From positions 6,272,001 to 6,336,000 of the forward strand of contig OZ001293.3 of the NCBI GenBank assembly GCA_963921275.4: a stretch of 64,000 nt of DNA, in the 5' to 3' direction. A program made the position numbers and the translations under genes. Below are positions 1 through 11,482 of the stretch, one piece after another; position 1 is the first letter of the stretch; each line of letters opens with the position of its first letter. The stretch comes from an uncultured Hormoscilla sp. GTDB lineage: Bacteria > Cyanobacteriota > Cyanobacteriia > Cyanobacteriales > Desertifilaceae. The notes beneath the pieces are model-generated. The model saw only the letters and a list, made by a program, of their open reading frames with translations, was not told the DNA's origin and did not search any database.

Positions 1-56
1 GGTCTGCGGTTAAAAATCCCGAGCTGTCATGGCTAGCACCTTTAGTATTTTGGTAT

Positions 57-812
57 TTGCACATTAAGCAAGTTAAAGTAGCTGGTAAAGTAGTTGTTGA
101 TGATGAAGACGTATATAAAGCTCCTTTGGCAGATACAGCAGTATCGCAGCTCCTATTTGTTGGGTTGGCAAAGACAAATAGGAATTTTGAACGAGAGCGA
201 GTTTTTCTAACTTTCCAACCTTTACGCCGTTTTTCAGATATTGTCTTCCTAGACTATTCTCTACCTTTAGTAATCTCAGAAAACGGTCAGAATAGACTTT
301 TACAAGAAGATAGTAAAGATGATTGGAATAAGTGGTTCGCAGAACGCATTGCTAGGAAGCAAGAAGAACGTCAAGAAAATATTCTAGATCAAAATGACTA
401 TCAAGCGTTGATTTATGCTTGTGATAACGCGGGAGTTATCATGTGCTACGCTGCACCCACATCTGCTTATCAAACGATAGTTGATAGCGATTCTGGTACA
501 GCAGGTCAATTTTTAATTCCTCGCCTGGAAGCAGCTGTCAATTTACAGGATAAGCCCAACTCTTATCAAAAGAACTTAGATGAGATGCTTTCGTGGTTGG
601 CTGCTGAACATTGGGAACTAGATTTCAACCACACGCAATCAGGATTCGACACGGGAAACTCACAGCAAAGTATTCCTATATTAGTACCTGACGTTACGAT
701 TCTTGCCCATGAAGCAGCAACCTTTGCTCGCGACAAGTTGAGTGAAGAGGTAAAAGACCAGATTAGATCGCTGATTGCAGAGCTGAGAAAACGCATGGGA
801 AAAAGCCGCTGA
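57..812 (+). CDS. Hypothetical protein (start uncertain)
   Basis: 251-aa ORF; no family recognised. Confidence 0.55.
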   Translation: MHIKQVKVAGKVVVDDEDVYKAPLADTAVSQLLFVGLAKTNRNFERERVFLTFQPLRRFSDIVFLDYSLPLVISENGQNRLLQEDSKDDWNKWFAERIARKQEERQENILDQNDYQALIYACDNAGVIMCYAAPTSAYQTIVDSDSGTAGQFLIPRLEAAVNLQDKPNSYQKNLDEMLSWLAAEHWELDFNHTQSGFDTGNSQQSIPILVPDVTILAHEAATFARDKLSEEVKDQIRSLIAELRKRMGKSR

Positions 813-999
813 TAGGAATAGATAGAGTTTTGTTACCAGTCCATAGTCTGGTAGCTAGAGAACAAGTATTGCATGCGATCGTCCTTTTCTTTACAAGTCC
901 GAGGGAAGGGCGATGGGTGCGATCACAAGTAGTTGATAGCCGGGTGCATCGATGATGCATGTAATATAGCCCGCGCAGGCGGGCTTTGTTCCTGTAGCT

Positions 1000-1870
1000 G
1001 GATGGGGTCGAGCCGGGAATCGCTTCCCGACCCTCCCTTGAGGAACCGGACTTGCGATTTTCACCGCATCCGGCTACTGGGTACTAGGCCCTTTTCATAG
1101 GTAGACTTAATAGGAATTACTTCCGTTAGCCCTTGCCGCCTGTCTTTTCTTCCCTTTCCTGGTTTAGCGAGTGGTTGTTCTGATAACCGTTAGTATCACC
1201 ATTTTCAAGTCAGTTTTACCAGTTATCCATACCTTATCCTCCACTTGCGTTTCGGATTAGTTCCGTGGCTTTTTAGGATTACTCATTCCAGCAGCTTCCT
1301 AGTATCACCGACCCACGTCAGCGCTGGCTACCCAGCATCATCTACATTACTGTAGATGTTATCCCAGGAATTACCCCGGGCATTCGCTTCTTGGGCCATC
1401 CCTCCCCCCGTGGCTTGCGCTTAACATCTAACTTGTCCTGATGGACAGCACACGAGAGGTTACTTCGTTCCCTAACAACATTTCGCGATACCTTTAGGTC
1501 CACACTATACCCCGGGAGCTATTTGAGTACTATATTAGCCAGAGTCTAAAACTAATACTAGCTACCATTTCCTTTTTAGGCCAGCGCATATAGCCTTATT
1601 TCGCTGGTTCCTTATAACGAGGCTTGCACATGTTTGCCTGCTCTAACCTTGGATATCTTTCCTAGCGGCGTCACCGGCTTAGGCTGCCAGTTATCCTACA
1701 TTTGAGTCCTCGCTTAGCACCACGATGATGTCGCTTCGTAGCACCGAGGACCGGTGTCACCCCCGTACCTGGGGGGAGGGGAATTTAACCCCCATGCGGT
1801 CAGAGTTCCCGGCTAATGAAACCGGGCTAGCGTTCCGTGTTTGACCACGTTAGGCTAGAACGAATCGCAC
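1000..1870 (-). mobile_element. ORF-less group IIB-like intron, copy A1 (871 nt), inserted in a REP-like palindromic repeat
   Basis: Minus strand starts GTGCGATTCGTT at 1870. Domain V is GTAGCCGGATGCGGTGAAAATCGCAAGTCCGGTTC, followed by a domain VI hairpin ending GACCCCATCC. Same sequence as copies A2-A4. Confidence 0.93.
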
Positions 1871-1981
1871 GGACCCTTTAGGGTTCGGGCGGCGAGGCCG
1901 AGTAACAACGGGTTGGTTTTGACCACAGGGCGATCGCCATTATAATATTAGCACTGACTGTTATTTCTGTTAAAGATTCTA

Positions 1982-3068
1982 TCACTGCCACTCATCCCTA
2001 ATTTGTTGCTGATACTCCAAAGGATCTTGAGTTAATTTTATCACGCCGGCATATTTACTTATGCTGGATGGGGTCGAGCCGGGAATCGCTTCCCGACCCT
2101 CCCTTGAGGAACCGGACTTGCGATTTTCACCGCATCCGGCTACTGGGTACTAGGCCCTTTTCATAGGTAGACTTAATAGGAATTACTTCCGTTAGCCCTT
2201 GCCGCCTGTCTTTTCTTCCCTTTCCTGGTTTAGCGAGTGGTTGTTCTGATAACCGTTAGTATCACCATTTTCAAGTCAGTTTTACCAGTTATCCATACCT
2301 TATCCTCCACTTGCGTTTCGGATTAGTTCCGTGGCTTTTTAGGATTACTCATTCCAGCAGCTTCCTAGTATCACCGACCCACGTCAGCGCTGGCTACCCA
2401 GCATCATCTACATTACTGTAGATGTTATCCCAGGAATTACCCCGGGCATTCGCTTCTTGGGCCATCCCTCCCCCCGTGGCTTGCGCTTAACATCTAACTT
2501 GTCCTGATGGACAGCACACGAGAGGTTACTTCGTTCCCTAACAACATTTCGCGATACCTTTAGGTCCACACTATACCCCGGGAGCTATTTGAGTACTATA
2601 TTAGCCAGAGTCTAAAACTAATACTAGCTACCATTTCCTTTTTAGGCCAGCGCATATAGCCTTATTTCGCTGGTTCCTTATAACGAGGCTTGCACATGTT
2701 TGCCTGCTCTAACCTTGGATATCTTTCCTAGCGGCGTCACCGGCTTAGGCTGCCAGTTATCCTACATTTGAGTCCTCGCTTAGCACCACGATGATGTCGC
2801 TTCGTAGCACCGAGGACCGGTGTCACCCCCGTACCTGGGGGGAGGGGAATTTAACCCCCATGCGGTCAGAGTTCCCGGCTAATGAAACCGGGCTAGCGTT
2901 CCGTGTTTGACCACGTTAGGCTAGAACGAATCGCACAGACTCCTCTTGTTTAGGTAACTGACATTCTGCCAACAGCTTTTCAATTTTCTGCCAGTCCTGA
3001 TAATCAATCAACACAGCAACTGGACGCATAGCTTCATCGGTGACAATCTTTTTCTTAAAATGTAACAT
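1982..3068 (-). CDS. Small antitoxin-like hypothetical protein (71 aa) split by intron A2; exons 3068-2937 and 2065-1982
   Basis: Removing 2066-2936 gives the uninterrupted frame MLHFKKKIVTDEAMRPVAVLIDYQDWQKIEKLLAECQLPKQEES-SISKYAGVIKLTQDPLEYQQQIRDEWQ*. Confidence 0.8.
2066..2936 (-). mobile_element. ORF-less group II intron, copy A2 (871 nt)
   Basis: GTGCG at 2936; domain V/VI end at 2066; IBS1 GAGTCT is the perfect complement of EBS1 AGACTC. Confidence 0.93.
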
Positions 3069-3210
3069 CACAACCCTCTCGATACTTAAAGGTTAAATTA
3101 TATAATGGCTTCATACCTGGTAATTGTATAGTTAAAAATATGCGATACTTGTTATTAATTATTTTAACCAATTTTAAATTTTAACCAAATAACTTTTAAT
3201 TACTTAACAA

Positions 3211-3456
3211 TCATCGCCAGTCTTTTGCCTCTAATGTTCTCAGGTCTTGCCGAAATTACTCAACACCATAATGAATGGGAATTTTGCGGCTACCTAAAAT
3301 TCTGTGAAACTCTAGTTGATTCCTACCTGCAAATTTGCTTGCTGTACCCAAGGTAATCTTTTCCTGCTGAAAAAGCAGTATGGCAATTTCTAGCTTAAGA
3401 ACGGCTTCAGAGATATGTGCCGCTTGCAGAAACTCATCGGGAATAACCAAACTCAT
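3211..3456 (-). pseudogene. UPF0175-family antitoxin-like protein with an in-frame TAA at 3256-3258
   Basis: MSLVIPDEFL...ITLGTASKFAG...IPIHYGVE*FRQDLRTLEAKDWR*. Confidence 0.75.
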
Positions 3457-3612
3457 TTGTTCAATCTCCTTGTTTACTCAGATCTGACACCTGTTGCAAC
3501 TAGAGGCATATCCTCTCGAATATCATGACCAGGCGATCGCCTAGTAATTCAGTTGCCAAGTTCTCTAATGTCAGCTGGTCTTGCACTCCCCAAGGAATTC
3601 AAAATAACTTGC

Positions 3613-3885
3613 TCAACCACGATATTCGTCTCCTTCCCGGAGTTGGCGAATTAGTGGTACAGAATTGGGATGTATTCCAGTACGGACTCTGATTTGTTCC
3701 CGGAGGCGGGCGATCGCCGCATCTGTTGCTAAGAACTGCTGCCGGCGACGCTCCCGATCGTCTTTATCTTGCTGCTCTAGGTACGCTATGAATTCTCTTG
3801 CTAGGCGCGATCGCTCATCAGAAAGCTGCCCCAAACTGGATTGAACTTCCTCAAATAAACTATTGTGCTGCTGTTGCGGTTCCAT
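3613..3885 (-). CDS. Hypothetical protein, antitoxin-like
   Basis: 90 aa with GGAGG RBS; C-terminal SVPLIRQLRE resembles toxin-antitoxin antitoxins. Confidence 0.5.
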   Translation of the reverse strand: MEPQQQHNSLFEEVQSSLGQLSDERSRLAREFIAYLEQQDKDDRERRRQQFLATDAAIARLREQIRVRTGIHPNSVPLIRQLREGDEYRG

Positions 3886-4067
3886 CGTGACCTCCCATTC
3901 ACTAGGTTGATTGTAAAACGCTGTGGATCTGTTCAGTTGCTAGTTCTATTTTATCGTGGTGGGTGCCACTCTTACACCAATTGCAATTAGAGGCAGAGCC
4001 TCTAGAATATCATTACCAGGCCGGAGCCTGGTAACGAGGGAAAAATGCTTCGCCCCCGGGATGCATC

Positions 4068-5900
4068 TTAGAAGTTCTCGTGGTTGGAGATCGCCTCTTT
4101 CAACCTGTCGAGAACCTCGGCCACAGGGATAGCGCCCAAATCTTGAGAAGGAACGCCCGCAGCGCGAGTTCTAATACTCAGAGTATTATCTGCGAGTTCC
4201 TGGGCACCCACGATCGCCATCACGGGAATTTTCTGTTTCTCAGCATTGCGAATCATCTTCGGCAGGCGATCGCCAGTGGTATCCACCTCCACGCGCATGG
4301 CAAAGGAACGCATTTTATCTGCCACCTCTTTAGCGAAGTCCAACTGCGCGTCACTCACGGGCAAAAACCGCACTTGTACGGGTGCTAACCACAGGGGAAA
4401 ATCTCCCGCATACTCCTCAATTAAAATGCCAATTAACCGTTCCAGGGAGCCAAAAGGAGCCCGGTGAATCATGACTGGCCGTTGGCGAGAACCGTCCTCC
4501 GCCACGTACTGCAAATCAAAGCGATCGGGCAAATTATAATCCACCTGTACCGTACCCAACTGCCACTCACGTTCCAGGGCATCCCGGAAGATAAAATCCA
4601 ACTTGGGACCGTAAAACGCCGCTTCCCCAATGCCTTCAAAATGCTCCATCCCCAAGGTTTCCACCGCCCGACGAATGGCGTTTTGGGCTTTTTCCCAAGC
4701 CTCATCGGAACCGATATATTTATCCAAATTCGGATCGCGGAAACTCAGTCGGGCTCTAAAATTGCTCAAGCGCAAAGTTCCGAACACCGACAAGGTTAAA
4801 TCTACCACATTCAAGAATTCCCCATCCAGTTGTGCGGGGGTCACGAACAAGTGAGAATCATCCTGGGTAAAGCCTCGCACTCGCGTTAAGCCCCCCAATT
4901 CTCCTGATTGTTCGTAGCGGTAGACAGTGCCGAACTCCGCCAGACGCATGGGCAACTCCCCGTACGATCGCAACTCGTTCTGATAGATTTGGATGTGGAA
5001 AGGACAATTCATCGCTTTCAGGACGAAGCCCTCATCTTCGGACTCTCCCATCATCGGAAACAAATCTTCTTTATATTTCTGCCAATGTCCGGACGTCTTG
5101 AACAAATCGACTCTACCGATATGGGGCGTTACTACCTGCTGATAACCCCGTTTGATTTGTTCTTGCTTGAGAAAATCTTCTAGCAGACTCCTAACCACAG
5201 TTCCTTTGGGCGTCCACAAAGGCAAACCCGGTCCCACCCGATCGGAAAACAGAAATAAACCCAATTCCTTACCCAGCTTGCGGTGATCCCGCTTGAGGGC
5301 TTCTTCCTTGCGGCGCTTGTACTCCGTTAGCTGTTCCGGTGCCTCCCAGGCCGTGCCGTAAATCCGTTGCAGTTGCGCCTTCGTGGCATCCCCTCGCCAG
5401 TAAGCACCGGCCACGCTTTCCAAATCAATAGCTTTGGGGTCGATCTCACTCGTATTTTCCAGATGAGGACCGGCACATAAATCCCACCACTGGTCTCCCA
5501 GGTGGTAGATGGAGATCGGATCTTCTAATCCTGCTAAGATTTCTAGCTTATAAGGCTCATTAATTTCTGCGATCCGACGCTGGGCTTCTTCCCGGCTGAC
5601 CTCTTCCCGAATCACCGGCAATTTCCGGTTGACGATCTTGATCATCTCCTTCTTGATCGCCTTCAAGTCCTTTTCCGTGAAGGGTTCTGGATGATCGAAG
5701 TCATAGTAAAAACCATTCTCGATCCAGGGACCGATCGTCACCTGGGCCTTGGGAAACAGCTTTTGCACCGCCATGGCCATGACGTGAGAAGTCGTGTGAC
5801 GGATTTTTTTCAACGACTCCGACTCGCTAGTGCGCGGCAACTGAATTTTTGCCGGTTGCACTTCCTGTGATTCTGATTCAGGTATCTCTTGCTTAACCAT
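4068..5900 (-). CDS. thrS: Threonine--tRNA ligase
   Basis: IRHTTSHVMAMAV, DLCAGPH, MNCPFH, YRYEQSG, GEAAFYGPK, HRAPFGSLER motifs. Confidence 0.98.
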   Translation of the reverse strand: MVKQEIPESESQEVQPAKIQLPRTSESESLKKIRHTTSHVMAMAVQKLFPKAQVTIGPWIENGFYYDFDHPEPFTEKDLKAIKKEMIKIVNRKLPVIREEVSREEAQRRIAEINEPYKLEILAGLEDPISIYHLGDQWWDLCAGPHLENTSEIDPKAIDLESVAGAYWRGDATKAQLQRIYGTAWEAPEQLTEYKRRKEEALKRDHRKLGKELGLFLFSDRVGPGLPLWTPKGTVVRSLLEDFLKQEQIKRGYQQVVTPHIGRVDLFKTSGHWQKYKEDLFPMMGESEDEGFVLKAMNCPFHIQIYQNELRSYGELPMRLAEFGTVYRYEQSGELGGLTRVRGFTQDDSHLFVTPAQLDGEFLNVVDLTLSVFGTLRLSNFRARLSFRDPNLDKYIGSDEAWEKAQNAIRRAVETLGMEHFEGIGEAAFYGPKLDFIFRDALEREWQLGTVQVDYNLPDRFDLQYVAEDGSRQRPVMIHRAPFGSLERLIGILIEEYAGDFPLWLAPVQVRFLPVSDAQLDFAKEVADKMRSFAMRVEVDTTGDRLPKMIRNAEKQKIPVMAIVGAQELADNTLSIRTRAAGVPSQDLGAIPVAEVLDRLKEAISNHENF

Positions 5901-6395
5901 GCAGCTTTATTTCTTGATATCATCGGTTCGGGCGTCACCCTAATGTAGCATAGCGAAAGTAAATTACCAGCAGGCCCCATCTCGAACTGATGCTTTGGCT
6001 AGGGAAACTGATAACCGTAAACCGATCGCTAATATTAGGGTTCCACCGTTCATAGCCTCTATCTTACCGATGTTGTCCGGAAGCGGCCCGAGACCGAGAA
6101 TATGAAACAGAAAGTTTCATATTGTAAAGAAACGTAACTTATGTTAAGATTATTAAGTAAGTCAGTCCATTGCGATCGCCTTATGCTTAACTCAAATTTG
6201 GCACCAGCTGAGCTGTTATTGCCGGTGCGGCCCGATTTGCCGCCGGTGGTTTAGCTGGGAGCAAGGGGTTAGCATCAGCAGCAATCAGCACCAAAACACA
6301 AACGCTCCCAGTTGGCCCAAGACTGGGAAAATAGGATTCACTTTGTTTCAAGGCGTTAAAAAGCTATATAACCATCTGGTCTGGAGGAAAGTCGT

Positions 6396-6728
6396 ATGTT
6401 ACACCTGCTTTATATTCTTGCCTTTACTACCCTGGCTTTGATCGCACTACGGAATTTAATCGGCAACCTGTTAACCCTGGGTATAGACTCTACCCGCAAT
6501 TATCCGCCCCAAAGGCCAAACATCGGTAAAAACACTTATCAGTCCCTCGCTAGGTCTGGCCGTCAAGCTGTGCCTCATCCAGAATTTTTGGATGAAGCGG
6601 GTAACGTGATCGACGAACCCCTGCTGGTGATGCGATCGATGACAGTAGAAGATGCCCGCTCCAAATTGGACGCCCTGTACAACTCAACTCCGGAATCTTC
6701 TGGTATGGAAGGTCGCGAAGAAAACTAG
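6396..6728 (+). CDS. DUF2973-like cyanobacterial protein
   Basis: MLHLLYILAFT...PHPEFLD...EPLLVMRS...DARSKLDALY. Confidence 0.75.
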   Translation: MLHLLYILAFTTLALIALRNLIGNLLTLGIDSTRNYPPQRPNIGKNTYQSLARSGRQAVPHPEFLDEAGNVIDEPLLVMRSMTVEDARSKLDALYNSTPESSGMEGREEN

Positions 6729-6774
6729 GGCCAAGTTGTACCCCCTCCCCTGCCCCATAACCGGCGGCGGGGCT

Positions 6775-7296
6775 TTAGGTGACATGAAACAGAGGATTGA
6801 GTTTGAGTTGTTCGGGCTGAAAGTTCTGGGCCCATTCAATGAAAGCCTTTGTAACCGGTGTAGACTGAGTCTGATTAATCAATAGGGCTGTGTATTGAGT
6901 CTTCTGCTTGACGACCAGGGCACAGTGGTCTTTACTGTAAATGGTTACGTGGCGAAAGCCCTCCAGTCGCAGGGAGGACATCAGCAGCGAGCGCAATCCC
7001 AATGCCTGAAAAATAGTCTGTACCCAGCTCATGTTTTTGACTTCGTTAGTGATCAAATACTCTCTGGGCAAACCGTTTAAGTCAAAAATCGCCGCTCCTA
7101 AAATCATGTCCATGTAAGAACTACCCGAATACTGGTTAGAAGCAGATACAGAATTTCTTGGGTTGGGATCGGGCGACATGGCAGCTATACTTGTCGAAAC
7201 TGATGATTCTGACTTCGATGATAAGCATACGGTAGAAATATCTGGAAATTCATATACCCAGTTGTGGCTTGCTAATTCCTGTCGATCGCGCCCCAC
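6775..7296 (-). CDS. Hypothetical cyanobacterial protein (true start probably downstream of 7296)
   Basis: ORF core ILGAAIFDLNGLPREY...WVQTIFQALGL. Confidence 0.55.
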   Translation of the reverse strand: MGRDRQELASHNWVYEFPDISTVCLSSKSESSVSTSIAAMSPDPNPRNSVSASNQYSGSSYMDMILGAAIFDLNGLPREYLITNEVKNMSWVQTIFQALGLRSLLMSSLRLEGFRHVTIYSKDHCALVVKQKTQYTALLINQTQSTPVTKAFIEWAQNFQPEQLKLNPLFHVT

Positions 7297-7621
7297 CAGG
7301 ACAATTTTTAGACCGGGGTATAAAGTTTGGCGTCCGCCAGCAAAATTGCTGAGTCTGCTTGTCTAGTAGCGCCACATCCAGCAGCAATACCTCTATTGTC
7401 TCGCTGCGCAGACCCTCTAACAACTCCAATTTATTGCGGCACCGCAGTGGCGACAACTCCCGTTGCCCCATCAGCTGCTCTATGCTGCGATCGCTAAACC
7501 GACTGGAAGCCAATATAATTTTGAGAGTATCAATGCTTGGGGCTATTTTCGTGAGGGGTAAAGTCATGTTTTTCATCTCCTTATAGCAGTTCCGGTTTGA
7601 AATGCTGCGATTAGTTAACAA
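7250..7621 (-). CDS. Hypothetical protein, possibly a degraded receiver-like domain
   Basis: ELLEGLRSETIEVLLLDVALL; may be a frameshifted N-terminus of the neighbouring ORF. Confidence 0.3.
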   Translation of the reverse strand: MLTNRSISNRNCYKEMKNMTLPLTKIAPSIDTLKIILASSRFSDRSIEQLMGQRELSPLRCRNKLELLEGLRSETIEVLLLDVALLDKQTQQFCWRTPNFIPRSKNCPGGARSTGISKPQLGI

Positions 7622-8033
7622 AATTTATCAACATCAAATGGCTTTTATTTCGATCTAGTATACAGCCATAGATGCCGTCCCTGATATTTTCATTCTATAA
7701 AAGTTGGGGATCGGCTTGCATCCGTATAATTACTGATCGAAGATTTCGACCATACTGACAAAAGCCATAGCATTTGGGATTTGCGATTTGAGATCGGAGC
7801 TTGACAAATGGTTAAGCCTGACTGCTTATTTATTATGATGCAGTCCGGATGTTGACGATCGGGTTTGACTTGGGGTTAAAGTTATGTATAAGTTGTCGGG
7901 AGCAGATGCAACTAAGTAAATAAGTATTTTTGCTCTCAGACGCGAGCGCTTGCTATTGAGACCACTAATAATTGATAATTGACGGACAGGCTCCACGCCC
8001 GTCCTGGGCAACTGACAACTGACCGCTGATATG

Positions 8034-8288
8034 TTATAATTGAGAAGGAGATGTCGGCGCAATTTCAACACCACCCTTCTGCTTGACTATTTGCTGAGTA
8101 TTTATTAGATCGGTGATTTATGTGATTTTGACGCCAATTTCCTGACAAGCTTGCTTGAGTAATTTCCTAAAATTATCTACATTATCGCCATAGCCACATT
8201 GCTTGGCGGCGGTAGCAATTCCTTGCTTGGCGTTGGCTTTAGCACAGTCAATGAGTTCGTTTCCTTTCAGGGGTTGAGATGCTGTCAT
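8034..8288 (-). pseudogene. Small cyanobacterial hypothetical protein with an in-frame TAA at 8118-8120
   Basis: Manual translation MTASQPLKGNELIDCAKANAKQGIATAAKQCGYG...GVKIT*ITDLIN...EIAPTSPSQL*. Confidence 0.7.
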
Positions 8289-8391
8289 CGGTACTCCATA
8301 ATTATAAATTAATTCTAAAATAGTATTAGAGATAACAAAATCGCATCCCTCTGAGGTGATAAGTTATTGCTCCTGTTAGGAGAGTCGATCC

Positions 8392-9570
8392 CTAGGAATA
8401 CCAGTATTTGTAGGCGACATAGGCCAGGGTGACGACGCCAATGACGATCGCAGATTCATCGATAGCAAATTGGGGATGATGCAGGGGATAATTAGGTTTT
8501 TCGGACTGTCCTCCCACACCGAGGCGAAACATGGTGCCGGGTGCATGTTCGAGATACATGGAAAAATCTTCAGCACCCAGGGAGGGTTCGGGTAAAACTT
8601 GCACCCTCTCGTTCCCCCAAGCTTCTCTGGCGCAGGTTTCTACCAACTGTGTCAATCCTGGGTCATTTTGCACTGAGGGCAGTCCTCGGCGATAATTTAA
8701 TTCATAGCGGGCTCCGTAACTGTCGCAGATACCTTTGACAATTTTCTCGATCCATGCTGGTAAATTCGCGCTAGTTTCCGGATGGAGCGATCGCGCGGTT
8801 CCGACTAAGCGCACTTGGTCAGCAATCACATTTGGTGCCCGTCCGCCGCTAATTTGACCGAATGTCAGCACTAGGGGACGCAAGGAATTGGTGGTGCGAC
8901 TGATGGCTTGCTGTAAAGTAGTAATCACCATCGCCGCAATCCAGATAGCATCTACAGCTTCGTGGGGACGGGCACCATGACCAGATTCGCCGATAATCGT
9001 CAGTTCTAGATCGTCAGCGGTAGCGGTTAAGGCCCCGTAGCGGACCCCAATCGATCCAGCCTGGATGGAGGGGAAAACATGAACGCCCAGAATTGCGCTC
9101 ACATTTTCCATTACTGCATCCTGCACCATCCAGCTAGCACCTTGACCAATTTCCTCAGCGGGTTGAAACAGCAAGCGGACAGTACCCGGTAATTTTATCC
9201 CCAGTTGGGAGAGCACCATTGCCGTGCCTAATCCTACCGTAGTATGGACATCGTGACCGCAGGCATGCATGACCCCGGTCTGGTGAGAAGCATAAGAAAG
9301 ATGGGTGCGTTCCACAATGGGTAAGGCATCCATATCGGTTCTAATTGCTAGCAGGCGTCCGTCCTTACCTTCACCATCTAGTTCGGCGAGGACGCCAGTT
9401 TTTCCTACATCTTCTCGCACATGGAGTCCCAAGGAAGAAAGAACGCCTGCAACATAGGCAGCAGTTTGATATTCTTGACCGCTTAATTCTGGGTGGGCGT
9501 GGATGTGGCGACGAATTTCAATCAGTCGAGGGGCGAAGTTCGCGGCTAAATCTTTAATCTGGGCGAGCAT
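8392..9570 (-). CDS. M20 family amidohydrolase (N-acyl-L-amino acid amidohydrolase-like)
   Basis: RRHIHAHPELS, RTDMDALP, MHACGHD, FQPAEE, AEDFS motifs. Confidence 0.93.
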   Translation of the reverse strand: MLAQIKDLAANFAPRLIEIRRHIHAHPELSGQEYQTAAYVAGVLSSLGLHVREDVGKTGVLAELDGEGKDGRLLAIRTDMDALPIVERTHLSYASHQTGVMHACGHDVHTTVGLGTAMVLSQLGIKLPGTVRLLFQPAEEIGQGASWMVQDAVMENVSAILGVHVFPSIQAGSIGVRYGALTATADDLELTIIGESGHGARPHEAVDAIWIAAMVITTLQQAISRTTNSLRPLVLTFGQISGGRAPNVIADQVRLVGTARSLHPETSANLPAWIEKIVKGICDSYGARYELNYRRGLPSVQNDPGLTQLVETCAREAWGNERVQVLPEPSLGAEDFSMYLEHAPGTMFRLGVGGQSEKPNYPLHHPQFAIDESAIVIGVVTLAYVAYKYWYS

Positions 9571-9645
9571 GGTTTACTACAAAAGGCTGGTGGATGGGTA
9601 TTATCATTATGATAACATGGAAATATCTCCTTTGGAGATGAAGTC

Positions 9646-10269
9646 ATGGTGGCAACAATTGCAGCAGAAGATATTACCCGGCGTCAATTAAGGCATAAAT
9701 TTGGCCTGGAACGCACTGAAGATGAGCAGTTATTCCGAGAGTGGCAAGATGATTTACCCGAACTCACTGATTTAGAAAAGCAACTTCTAGATGATGTAAA
9801 GAGTGATTATCGCTACTTGTCTGAGTCTATTATGCTGGAAGTAATCGTAAAAATGGTGGTGCTGTCACCACTGTTGAGGCTAGCAGGTTTTTATCGCCCG
9901 CCCTTTGATATTACCGCTGAGAAAGAAATTGATATTTCATCGTTTAATGAGGAAACTATTATCAAAGGACGCATTGATATCCTGATTTTTAAGCCTGAGT
10001 TTTGGATAACTGTGATTGAGACGAAAAGGACACAATACTCCCTGGAAGCAGCGATACCACAAGCACTGGCTTATATGCTGAGTAATCCTCAGCCAGACAA
10101 ACCTGTGCTGGGGTTTGTCACGAATGGCAGTGAGTATAGGTTCCTGAAACTGACCAAACAAAACACGCCCAAGTATGCTCAGTCGGATCTGTTCTCGATC
10201 GATAGCCGGAATGATTTGTATACTGCCCTAAGAGTGTTAAAGCGCATGGCTCAATTAGTCAGTCAGTAA
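9646..10269 (+). CDS. HsdR N-terminal-like PD-(D/E)XK protein
   Basis: GRIDIL...IETK...PQALAYM...VTNGSE. Confidence 0.8.
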   Translation: MVATIAAEDITRRQLRHKFGLERTEDEQLFREWQDDLPELTDLEKQLLDDVKSDYRYLSESIMLEVIVKMVVLSPLLRLAGFYRPPFDITAEKEIDISSFNEETIIKGRIDILIFKPEFWITVIETKRTQYSLEAAIPQALAYMLSNPQPDKPVLGFVTNGSEYRFLKLTKQNTPKYAQSDLFSIDSRNDLYTALRVLKRMAQLVSQ

Positions 10270-10400
10270 CCGATGAAAGCCTATCCCTCAGTAAAGTAGC
10301 CCAGAAACAGTGTTTCTTCAAGAAACCCTGTTTCTTAATTCTTGCATCATTCTCCAACAAATGATAAAATGAGTAAGTGCTGCAAAGGAGAATCATAGTT

Positions 10401-10949
10401 ATGGTAACTGCGACAGTTGTTTGCAAAGAATCAAATGTCTTCTCCCTAGAAGACTATATGCTCGATCCCCCTGATAATATGGAATGGGTAGATGGGATAT
10501 TAGTGGAGAAAAACGGAATGACAGCAAAGCACGGTCGCATTCAAGCTAGATTAGCTGCTTACTGGATCAATTATAAGCATTCCAGCGGTCAGGGAGGAGA
10601 AGTTTATACTGAAACCCCTTGTCGCACCTTTTCACAAGGCCGTCGTCCTGATGTTTCCTACTTGACTCCAGAACTGGTGGAGCAATTTGGCGATTTTACC
10701 ATGCTACCCCAGAGTTTCCCCTTAATTGCTGAGATCATCTCTCCCACTGATACCACCGAAGCAGTATTTGGTAAAGTCAGAGAATATTTACAGTCCGGTT
10801 GTCAGGAAATCTGGTTAGTGTTTCCGGAAAGTCAGTGGGTTTTGGTCATCACTCAACAGCGACAGGTTTTGTTGAGCAGTGGCGATGTCGTCAGTACTCA
10901 AACTGTTCTCGAAGGTTTTTCTGTAGCAGTTGATGAATTATTGGCTTAA
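10401..10949 (+). CDS. Uma2 family endonuclease
   Basis: EWVDG, RRPDVSY, PLIAEIISP, EIWLVFP; AGGAG RBS upstream. Confidence 0.9.
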   Translation: MVTATVVCKESNVFSLEDYMLDPPDNMEWVDGILVEKNGMTAKHGRIQARLAAYWINYKHSSGQGGEVYTETPCRTFSQGRRPDVSYLTPELVEQFGDFTMLPQSFPLIAEIISPTDTTEAVFGKVREYLQSGCQEIWLVFPESQWVLVITQQRQVLLSSGDVVSTQTVLEGFSVAVDELLA

Positions 10950-11482
10950 TTCTCTCTATTCAGCTTCGTCAGTAGCCCAGAAACCTGGTTTTTGGGAAAA
11001 ACCGGGTTTCTTAATTATTTCATTACAGGGATAACATTGGCTAGCTACTTATCTATTTGTACAGTTTTTTCGTGACTTTTAATTAAGCTCTCACAATCAT
11101 CCCAGGTTGTTTTTAAAGCTGCTATAGAAGCTTTATAACTAGCTAGTGTTTTTGGGTTGATGGCACACTAAAAAAATTCTGATGATTTTCTATCTCAATA
11201 AATTACCCCATCGCAGGCACTCGACTACATTCAGTAATTTTGGCGATTGAAAGGCTCTCGTAATCTTCTTTAAGATATACACAAATCTCGATCTTGTTTG
11301 TGCTCCTGCTATTATAATTTTGCAATGCTTCAGGAGTTGTTTGGGTTGATGTTTTCATCACCTGTAATCCTCGATCGCTCATGATTTTCTCCACATTAAA
11401 TACTTCAGATTACTATGGGTCTATTTACGATCTATTAACAGAAGTTAACATATTTTTATTGACCATTACTCCCAATTTATAT

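Noticed and set aside
929..957. 29-bp match GTAGTTGATAGCC.GGTGCAT.GATGATG also at about 48588
   Set aside because: Too short to assign; probably a dispersed repeat fragment.
1000..2936. A1/A2 as a tandem duplication, LTR pair or IS ends
   Set aside because: Flanks differ, there are no TIRs or target duplications, and each copy has its own IBS1-matching site.
4080..5183. Short ORFs antisense to thrS, and similar shadows over mutL, murF, iscS and the RT
   Set aside because: They overlap well-supported genes and show no motifs.
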